A DNA stretch of 33,021 nt, taken from contig JBOGXX010000161.1 in assembly GCA_050696475.1 (NCBI GenBank), positions 1-33,021 on the forward strand. The letters are read 5' to 3'. Source of the DNA: Solirubrobacteraceae bacterium (GTDB taxonomy: Bacteria; Actinomycetota; Thermoleophilia; Solirubrobacterales; Solirubrobacteraceae). Below the pieces are notes generated by a model. It did no database searches and was not told the DNA's origin. It was given only the letters and a program-made list of their open reading frames with translations. The position numbers were made by a program, and so were the translations under genes. Shown here piece after piece: positions 26,169 through 33,021 of the stretch; within the stretch, counting starts at the first letter, position 1; each line of letters starts with the position of its first letter.

Positions 26169-26974
26169 TGCGCGCGATGGACTTCGGCGCGTACGAGCAC
26201 CTGCGGTTTGATCGTCGCGCGCACGGTGTGCTGCTGATCACGATCGACAGGCCCGAGCGCATGAACGCCACCAACGAGCGCCTGCACTACGAGCTCTCAA
26301 CGGTCTGGCGCGAGCTCGCAACCGACGAGGAGACGAGCGTCGTGGTGGTGACGGGCGCGGGCAAGGCGTTCTCGGCGGGCGGCGATCTGGAGATGATCCA
26401 GCGCATGGCCGGCGACTATGCGCGGGTCGCGGCGATGGCGAGCGAGGCCGCGGGGCTGGTCACGAACATGCTGGACTGCGATCGGCCGATCATTTCGGCG
26501 ATCAACGGCACGGCTGTAGGTGCGGGCCTCGCGGTCGCGCTGATGGCCGACATCAGCATCATCGCGCGGGACGCCCGCCTGACCGACGGCCATCTGCGCC
26601 TGGGCGTGGTGGCGGGCGATCACGCGGCGATCATCTGGCCGTTGCTGTGCGGTATGGCGAAGGCGAAGTATTACCTGCTGACTGCCGACTTCATCGACGG
26701 TGAGGAGGCCGAGCGGATCGGGCTCGTGAGCCGCTGCGTGGAGCGCGAGGAGGTGCTCAACACCGCCCTGGAGGTGGCTGAGCGAATCGCGACGGGACCG
26801 CAGCACGCGGCGCGCTGGACCAAGCGGGCGCTCAACCACTGGCTGCGTCAGGCGACCCCGGCATTCGACGCGAGTGTCGCCTACGAGATGCTGAGCTTCA
26901 TGGGCCCAGACGTCAAGGAGGGATCGCAGGCGATCCTCGAGCGTCGCCCTCCAGGCTTCGATCACCAGCCGTGA
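26165..26974 (+). CDS. Crotonase (enoyl-CoA hydratase/isomerase) family protein
   Basis: AFSAGGDL, AINGTAVGAG, DGHLRLGVVAGDH and EAERIGLV; ATGA overlap with the SDR stop. Confidence 0.9.
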   Translation: MMRAMDFGAYEHLRFDRRAHGVLLITIDRPERMNATNERLHYELSTVWRELATDEETSVVVVTGAGKAFSAGGDLEMIQRMAGDYARVAAMASEAAGLVTNMLDCDRPIISAINGTAVGAGLAVALMADISIIARDARLTDGHLRLGVVAGDHAAIIWPLLCGMAKAKYYLLTADFIDGEEAERIGLVSRCVEREEVLNTALEVAERIATGPQHAARWTKRALNHWLRQATPAFDASVAYEMLSFMGPDVKEGSQAILERRPPGFDHQP

Positions 26975-27067
26975 GCGCGCTTTGTGGCCCGACCCGATCC
27001 TGTCCGCGCGAGCGAGTCGGCGGCTGGTGACCGGGTTGAGCGCGGGCATCGACGGCGCGAGCCGTGC

Positions 27068-28456
27068 TCAGCTCGTGCCGGTCCGACGACGCCTGGGGCG
27101 GCGCGACCTGGCCAGTAGCGCGCTGATCTCCGCGTCGATCGCGTCCAGGAGGGCCTGTGCGTCCTCTATTGCCGTGGGGTCGGTGTAGAGCCCGAAGCAG
27201 GCGCGATCATTGATGCTCGTCATGCCGACGGACAGGGTGTGGTGGTCGGCGAGCGGAACGACCGGGTAGGCCGCCCGCAGCGGGCAGCCGAGCATGTAGA
27301 GCGGCTGTGTCGGGCCGGGTATGTTCGAGACGACGAGGTTGAAGGTTCGCGGGCTGGCGAAGATGCGGGAGATCGCCTCCTGCACGACCCGGGGGGCGCG
27401 TTGGGCGGCGGTGAGGACCAGGTGCGCTCCCTCGGGCTCGTGATCCTGCTTGCGCCTGTCGATGAGCGCGTGAACGCACTCCAGTCTGTCGACCGGGTCG
27501 TGCTGCCGACAGGGCAGGTTCGCGAACATGAACGAGATCTGGTTGCCGAGCAGATCGCTGTCGTCGCGGACGTTGACTGGAACCATCGCCTTGAGCGTGA
27601 TCGGCTCTTCGCCGCGGTGCTGGAAGAACGCACGCGTGCCGCCCGCCACGGCGGCCAGCAGGACATCGTTGACGGTGGTCGCGTGGGCTCGCTTGATCAC
27701 GCGCAGGTCATTCAGCGGGCGGTCTCCCCACGCGAGGCTCCTCCGCTGCGTGAGTGGCCTTTGCAACGGACTCCGCGGCGCCGTGCTGAGCGCATGTCCG
27801 AGCGCTCGCGCGACTCGAGGGACGTCCCGGGTCAGCTGCGAGACCGTGCGTGAAGGCGCCAGTGCAGCCTGCATGGGCCAGCGCAGCAGGCCGACCTGAT
27901 CGGTGAGGAGGTCGCGAATCCCGTGCGTCAGGAGCGCCATGGCACCTGGCTCGGGCTCGGCGTGCCAGCTATCGGGCTCGTAGGCGGGGGTCTTGGGCGT
28001 GGGGTCTAGCAGCAGCGAGCCGAGCTCGAAGGCTGCTATCCCATCGACCATGCAGTGGTGTGCCTTGCCGACGAGAGCCAGTTGACGGCTCTCGTCGTCC
28101 TCGCATGCCCAGATCTCCCACAGGGGCCGGTCACGCCGTAGCGGGATCGACATGATCTCATCGACGAGCTCGGTGAGCGGCCCTCGCGCCCGGTAGACGT
28201 GGCGATCCACGCAGAAGCCACGATCATCCACCCACTCCGGCGCCTGCAGGCCGAACGGGACCGGCGCGAGCTTCTGCCTGTAGCGTGGTGCGCGCGCCAG
28301 CCGGTGCTCGATGTGCTCGCGCAGGCGCGGGAAGCTCGGCAGAGTTCCGGAGGCGTCGGGGGCCAGCAGCGCGAGCCAGCCGACGTGCATGTGCGCGACC
28401 GGCGTCTCGACGCTCAGAAACGACGCGTCAAGCGCTGATAGTCGCGCGCCGTTCAC
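27068..28456 (-). CDS. Wax ester synthase / diacylglycerol acyltransferase (WS/DGAT)
   Basis: LSALDASFL, HMHVG, RPLWE, catalytic HHCMVDG, TVNDV and VSNIPGP. Confidence 0.93.
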   Translation of the reverse strand: MNGARLSALDASFLSVETPVAHMHVGWLALLAPDASGTLPSFPRLREHIEHRLARAPRYRQKLAPVPFGLQAPEWVDDRGFCVDRHVYRARGPLTELVDEIMSIPLRRDRPLWEIWACEDDESRQLALVGKAHHCMVDGIAAFELGSLLLDPTPKTPAYEPDSWHAEPEPGAMALLTHGIRDLLTDQVGLLRWPMQAALAPSRTVSQLTRDVPRVARALGHALSTAPRSPLQRPLTQRRSLAWGDRPLNDLRVIKRAHATTVNDVLLAAVAGGTRAFFQHRGEEPITLKAMVPVNVRDDSDLLGNQISFMFANLPCRQHDPVDRLECVHALIDRRKQDHEPEGAHLVLTAAQRAPRVVQEAISRIFASPRTFNLVVSNIPGPTQPLYMLGCPLRAAYPVVPLADHHTLSVGMTSINDRACFGLYTDPTAIEDAQALLDAIDAEISALLARSRRPRRRRTGTS

Positions 28457-28468
28457 CCGCTCACCCGC

Positions 28469-29764
28469 TCAGCAGCGTGCGAGCTGCAGATAGCTCTCGC
28501 GAGAGCGGATCGTCCCGTTGGGGGAGCTCCGCAGAGCATGCCCGGCGGCGTTCGCTCGTGCGATCGGGCGCCGGCCCCACTCGGCAGCGAGCGCGAACTC
28601 GACCAGGCGGTCGAAGTAGGACTCGAGCGAACTCGCGGCAATGCCCGTGGGTCGCAGCGCGACGCGCGAGCGGCGATCGTCGTAGCGGACACTGGCAGCG
28701 AAGTAGGGGAAGAAGACCTCGCTGCGCCGCAATGCGCGTCGGTAGCGCGCATCCCGGCTCGCACGCATGAGCAGCGGGTGCATCACGCGGCGGTAGACCG
28801 GCGGGGCTATCAACCGCGGCGAGCGGCGACCAAAGAACCTCGTCGCGAGCTCGACGAGCTCGCCCACGCTGCTTGTCTGCTCCCCTGCGGTGAGGTGAAA
28901 AGTGGTGTCCTCGGCCTCCGTCGCGTCGGTAAGCGCCATGACCGCATCCGCGACGTAGTCCACGGGCACGACATCGACCGGTGCGCTCCCCCGAGCGGGC
29001 AATGCCACGTACGCCCCACGTGAGAATGCGCGCAGCGGCGAGTACAGGACGTTGAAGGAGGACGTCCAGCCGCTGTTGCACTCGCCGACGACGATGCTCG
29101 GACGGAGCACGGTGACCGGCAGCCCGCCGCGGGCCTGCGAGACCAGCCTCTCCGCCTCGAACTTCGACTGCTCATAGCTATTGTGGAAGCCCTGCCCGAC
29201 GTCGAGGTCATCCTCGCTGAAGCAGCCCCGGTGCTCGCCCGCGACATAGGCCGTGGAGATGTAGGAGAACCGTCGCAAGCCCGAGCGGGCGGCGCACCGC
29301 TCGGCGAACCCCAGCATCTCCCGCGTGCCCTGCACGTTGACCGCGCGCGAGGCGTCCAGATCGAGATCGAAGGACACCGAGGCCGCGCTGTGGACGATGT
29401 CGCTGATGCGCTCGGTCAGCCAATCGCGTCTCGCGGCGCGCAGGCCAAGCCCCGGACGCGTGATGTCACCGCGCACCGCGACGACACGTTTGGCGTATCG
29501 GTGGCTCGGGCCGAAGAGCGAGTCCACGGTCCGCCGCAGGCGTGCCTCCACAGAGCGCTGGTCGGGGCCTCGCACCAGCGCATATACCACCCGGTCCGAA
29601 CGCTCCAGGTAGCGAGCTAGCACCTCCATTCCCACGAACCCGGTCGCCCCGGTGAGCAGCACACCGTTGGTGTCTGTCCTTGTCCGACGGGTGGATCTGC
29701 TGCTGCACGACGACGGGCCCGCCGTCGTGAGGCGATCATGTTTTCGGACCGCCGCTGAGGTCAT
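28469..29764 (-). CDS. Extended SDR, fatty acyl-CoA/thioester reductase (NAD_binding_4) family
   Basis: TGATGFVG, GDIT, HSAASV, NVQGT, ISTAYV, YEQSKFEAE, RPSIVVG and VPVDYVA; GGAGG RBS before ATG 29764. Confidence 0.85.
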   Translation of the reverse strand: MTSAAVRKHDRLTTAGPSSCSSRSTRRTRTDTNGVLLTGATGFVGMEVLARYLERSDRVVYALVRGPDQRSVEARLRRTVDSLFGPSHRYAKRVVAVRGDITRPGLGLRAARRDWLTERISDIVHSAASVSFDLDLDASRAVNVQGTREMLGFAERCAARSGLRRFSYISTAYVAGEHRGCFSEDDLDVGQGFHNSYEQSKFEAERLVSQARGGLPVTVLRPSIVVGECNSGWTSSFNVLYSPLRAFSRGAYVALPARGSAPVDVVPVDYVADAVMALTDATEAEDTTFHLTAGEQTSSVGELVELATRFFGRRSPRLIAPPVYRRVMHPLLMRASRDARYRRALRRSEVFFPYFAASVRYDDRRSRVALRPTGIAASSLESYFDRLVEFALAAEWGRRPIARANAAGHALRSSPNGTIRSRESYLQLARC

Positions 29765-29830
29765 CACATCCCCTCCTCCGCTCCCGCTCGAGCCGGCTCG
29801 ACTGCCTGCCCGCAGTGGATCAACCGACAG

Positions 29831-29856
29831 TTGCCCGCACTCGACGTTGCCCAAAC
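29831..29856 (-). promoter_or_regulatory. Putative SigB-type promoter of reductase and WS/DGAT
   Basis: Minus strand GTTT-N16-GGGCAA. Confidence 0.5.
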
Positions 29857-30026
29857 AGCCGGGCGCTCCGGATAGTTGCGGAAATTGCGCAGAAAACCCG
29901 AGCGGCTCGACGAGTTCTTCTGCCGGGGCATCTGGCTCAACGTCGCCGCGGCGATCGGGATCGACGAAGTCTCGGCGGGAGGTGAGTGGGTCCGCTCCCA
30001 GCTGGGGTCCGCCTGAGGCGGCGTGG

Positions 30027-31895
30027 CTAACGCGCGAGCCGCTCTAGCTCGCGTTCGAGCAGCTCGTCCATCAGCCGGTGCGTTTCCTGCTGCAGGCTCG
30101 TTGGACGCAACGTGTGCATGTTGCCCGCGAACGGGATGTGCTGGACCGAGACATTGGGCCAGCGCTCCAGACCGCTCAGAGACCCGCTCGCGAGCATCTC
30201 GCCGTACAGCCGCTCTTCGCCGGCGAACAGGATCAGCGCGCGCTGATCGTGTTCTTGCAGGCGATCGAAGACCTCGGCCACCGCGTTGTCATGATCGCTC
30301 ACGCCTCGCCCGAAAAGCCGCGACGGGAGGCGCGGCGAAGATCGCGCCAGCGCTGCCAGGATCGTGCGCATCCAGAGCAGGTGCGCCGCTGGTGTGAGCT
30401 CGCCCTTCAGCGCGCGCCTCCAAGTCGAGCCCAGGAGCATTCTCGAGGCCACCGCGCGGCTCTGGCGGATCGCGCTCGACAGGCCCCCGTCATAGACGAC
30501 ATAGGCTGGGTTGAGCGCCACGGCGGCGGACACCCGTCCGTCGTCTTGGGCCATGCGCAGCGACCAGTAGGCGCCGGCGCAAAGGCCGCCCAGGATAAAA
30601 CGGGGACCCAGGCCGCGCGCCTCGAGCGTGTCGAGCATGAGGCGCACCTGCTCGAGGTAGCCGTTCGTGAAGTAAGAGCGCACATCCAGCAGCTGCCGCG
30701 GGTCGCCGTCGGCATCGCCGATCGCGTTGAGGTCGACACGCAGGCTCGAGACCCCGAGCGCCGCCCAGCGACGGGCGGTCTCCACCCACATGCGGTTGGG
30801 ACCGATGCGTCGCTGCGGGCCGGCGTTCAGCCACACCGCACACATCTCGAGGGCTCCGTTCAGCGGCTCGGTCAGCACCCCGACGGGGTCTCCCAACGGA
30901 TGCGGGATCCTGATCGCCGTCTCTCGCACCTGCGTGCCGTCGGGTGTCGAGATCTCGGCGGAGCTCACGCTGGTGCGCGAGTCGCGCATCGCCGGAGCCG
31001 CCTCGCGCGCGCGCTCACTACCAACGACGTCGCTCAAAAGCCACGTTGTCACCTGCTCCAGCACCGAGTCGGCGCTCACGGCGTGGGGGAGCTCGACCAT
31101 CATCATCGCCGCGTAGCCGTCCCCCGAGCCGACGGTCAGCTTCGCGCCGGCGCGCTCGATCGAGCTCTTCAGGCGCGCGTCCACCGCCCGACCGTCGCGT
31201 TCGAGCATCAGCACATGAGCGGCCCGCAGCCGCGGGCAGTCGCGCTCCGCGAGATCGAGCTCCTGCAATTCGCTCTGTGTTTCGGGGCTCAGGACGTATC
31301 CGGCGACCGCCAGTGAGCCCCCGCCCGGGTCTTGCGCGCTCGAAGCCGCCGCCGGCTGCGCCGCGGCACCCGGGCTCTCCATGCTGGAGAACGCCCTCAG
31401 CTCACGCAGGTGGGTCCTGCCCCGCGCGTAGGCGCCCCACAGGACGAGATCGTCGATCGGCGCGCCCGCAGCCAGCGCGTTGTGGGCGATCGCACCTCCC
31501 AGGCCGATGCCGATCGCGACCACGCGCCGCGCGCCGGTGGCTTTCGACAGCCAGCGTGCCGCCGCTGCGACGCCGGCCGTCCATGCGCGCAGGCGTTCCG
31601 GATCGTCTGGGCCGCCGCTGCTGTCGCCGCTCCCGGGAAGGTCGATCCGCAGGACCGCGAATCCCAGACGGGCGAGCGACTGCGCCCATTCCCGGCGGCT
31701 GCGATACGAGCACATGTCCTCCCACCCGAACGGCGGGCACAGCAGGATCGTCACATCGTGCGCAGGCTCCGCGGCGTCGTGGAAGGTCGCGAAGATCGCT
31801 CCGGCGCCGGGGTCGCAGATGTAGAACTGCTCGGCTGGGGGCGGCTCTCGAGTGCTTGCGCTCGCTGGGTTTGAGTGGATGGATGGGCCGGTCAT
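30027..31895 (-). CDS. Tandem (double) alpha/beta-hydrolase fold protein
   Basis: Domain 1: LLCPPFGWE, RIDLPGSGDS, GIGLGG. Domain 2: NAGPQRRIGPNR, RVDLNAIGDADG, GLCAGAY, NMH. Start may be 31895 or 31970. Confidence 0.8.
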   Translation of the reverse strand: MTGPSIHSNPASASTREPPPAEQFYICDPGAGAIFATFHDAAEPAHDVTILLCPPFGWEDMCSYRSRREWAQSLARLGFAVLRIDLPGSGDSSGGPDDPERLRAWTAGVAAAARWLSKATGARRVVAIGIGLGGAIAHNALAAGAPIDDLVLWGAYARGRTHLRELRAFSSMESPGAAAQPAAASSAQDPGGGSLAVAGYVLSPETQSELQELDLAERDCPRLRAAHVLMLERDGRAVDARLKSSIERAGAKLTVGSGDGYAAMMMVELPHAVSADSVLEQVTTWLLSDVVGSERAREAAPAMRDSRTSVSSAEISTPDGTQVRETAIRIPHPLGDPVGVLTEPLNGALEMCAVWLNAGPQRRIGPNRMWVETARRWAALGVSSLRVDLNAIGDADGDPRQLLDVRSYFTNGYLEQVRLMLDTLEARGLGPRFILGGLCAGAYWSLRMAQDDGRVSAAVALNPAYVVYDGGLSSAIRQSRAVASRMLLGSTWRRALKGELTPAAHLLWMRTILAALARSSPRLPSRLFGRGVSDHDNAVAEVFDRLQEHDQRALILFAGEERLYGEMLASGSLSGLERWPNVSVQHIPFAGNMHTLRPTSLQQETHRLMDELLERELERLAR

Positions 31896-32113
31896 CGCCT
31901 GCACGGGAGGACGCTGCTGCGCCTGGGCCCCATCGTCAGTCGACGGCCATGGCGTGAGCCTTTCGCGCATACAGTACGTCCCTTCGCCCCCAGCGTCGAG
32001 ACCGAGCAAGCAGCGAGATCCTTGAATGCGGATATAGGCGAGAAGGTAGGAAACCGCTCGTCTCGCGGCACCTGTCATGCATGCGATCCACGAGTGCGGG
32101 TAGATGAGCCGAC

Positions 32114-32293
32114 GTGAAGAAGCTCATGGAACTGGTCCTCTGCGTCCTGCACCCGATCGCGGTCGTGCTCATCTGGATCCGGCTCATCGGTCGAAGCGAC
32201 CTGGGCTTGATCGGGCGCCTGGCGTGGGCGATCGCGGCGATCGTTCCGCTCGTGCCGTTCCTCTACGTCCTGAGCGGCAACGACATCCTCTAG
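32114..32293 (+). CDS. Small two-helix membrane protein (59 aa, PLDc_N-like); not in the ORF track
   Basis: GTG-start frame MKKLMELVLCVLHPIAVVLIWIRLIGRSDLGLIGRLAWAIAAIVPLVPFLYVLSGNDIL* with strong GC3 bias; GGGTAG 10 nt upstream. Confidence 0.7.
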   Translation: MKKLMELVLCVLHPIAVVLIWIRLIGRSDLGLIGRLAWAIAAIVPLVPFLYVLSGNDIL

Positions 32294-32441
32294 CAGCTCT
32301 CGCCAGGCGCGGCGTCGCCCGAGGTCGGCTCGACGGGCAGCGAGCGCGCGCGGCTCGATCTCCGGCAGCAGTCGAGGATTGACGCTTCGATTCTCGCAGA
32401 TCGGGTAGAGGTCCGCCTAACGTAGGAGTATTCCAGCACGT

Positions 32442-33021
32442 ATGCCAATCGACACTCAGGACGCGCCCCTGGCTCGCGGCGGACACGTAGTTCAGTTCTA
32501 CGAGCACGACCAGGAGCTCACAGACGCAGTCGTCCCATACCTCGCCGAGGGCTTGAGCGTCGGCGAGGCGGTGATCGTGATTGCAAGCCGGGCTCATCTG
32601 CGCGCGTTTGCACACGGGCTCGACGCCGCGGCGGTCGACGGGACGACTCCGAGCGACGGGCTGATCGCGCTCGACGCGGCCGGCACCTTGTCGGCGCTGA
32701 TCCGCGACGGAGAGATCGATGCGGATGCCTTCATGAAGGTGCTCGCCGCCGCCATCCGCCGCGCAGCGGAGCCCGGACGCCGTGTGCGCGTGTACGGGGA
32801 GATGGTCTCGCTGCTGTGGCAGGCCGGCGAAGTGCTCACCGCGATCAGGTTGGAGGAACTCTGGAACGAACTCGCCGCCGAGCTCCCGTTTGCTCTCTTC
32901 TGCTCCTACGCGGCAGCATCGATGGAGGGCTCCGAGCACGCCGACGCGATGCACCAGGTGTGCGCCCTGCACTCCTCGGTGCTGCCGGCGGCGCCCGTGC
33001 GCGCGCTGCGCGACGGAGCGG
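32442..33021 (+). CDS. MEDS-domain sensor protein (partial, runs off the window)
   Basis: ATG 32442 frame reads GHVVQFYEHD...VRVYGEMVSLLW...LEELWN...FALFCSY...CALHS, the MEDS signature; TAGGAG upstream. Confidence 0.85.
   Translation, partial: MPIDTQDAPLARGGHVVQFYEHDQELTDAVVPYLAEGLSVGEAVIVIASRAHLRAFAHGLDAAAVDGTTPSDGLIALDAAGTLSALIRDGEIDADAFMKVLAAAIRRAAEPGRRVRVYGEMVSLLWQAGEVLTAIRLEELWNELAAELPFALFCSYAAASMEGSEHADAMHQVCALHSSVLPAAPVRALRDGA

Noticed and set aside
30078..31957. Long plus-strand ORFs (412 aa and 337 aa)
   Set aside because: Antisense to the hydrolase gene, Arg/Ala-rich and without motifs; long shadow ORFs are expected in high-GC DNA.
32298..32305. TCTCGCCA matching the tRNA-Phe 3' end as a possible attR
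   Set aside because: Only 8 bp, expected by chance, and there is no integrase nearby.
32184..32972. 262-aa minus-strand ORF
   Set aside because: Antisense shadow of the plus-strand MEDS gene, which has clear motifs.
1..33021. CRISPR arrays, transposases, phage or defence genes
   Set aside because: No regularly spaced repeats or recognisable motifs of these classes were seen by eye.

Overview
High-GC bacterial DNA whose gene content looks actinobacterial (qcrCAB with PDWY cytochrome b, gpgS, WS/DGAT); a Thermoleophilia/Solirubrobacterales origin is plausible but only an impression. Left of a tRNA-Phe (4610-4682) is a partly decaying cell-envelope locus: the end of a probable ABC permease, two DUF347 paralogs, a frameshifted and internally deleted sensor kinase, an intact NarL regulator and DedA. 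Right of the tRNA is a ~28 kb block, mostly on the minus strand, in which most operons sit behind SigB/SigF-like (GGTTN-N15/16-GGGTAN) motifs. It holds (i) a six-gene operon of ferritin-like protein, NodB deacetylase, ACAD-like flavoprotein, NodS methyltransferase, ferredoxin-reductase-like protein and a GT2::GpgS fusion; (ii) a sugar porter, a HAD phosphatase and an MFS transporter; (iii) a nine-gene respiratory operon (SCO::TlpA, ctaG, caa3-type ctaC, ctaD, ctaE, a membrane protein, qcrCAB) whose oxidase keeps the D proton channel but appears to have lost the K channel; (iv) an SDR plus His/Asp crotonase pair; (v) a fatty acyl reductase plus wax ester synthase pair; and (vi) a double alpha/beta hydrolase, a small membrane protein and a MEDS sensor cut off by the window end. 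No CRISPR array, integrase or transposase was seen. All family calls come from motifs read by eye; no searches were run.
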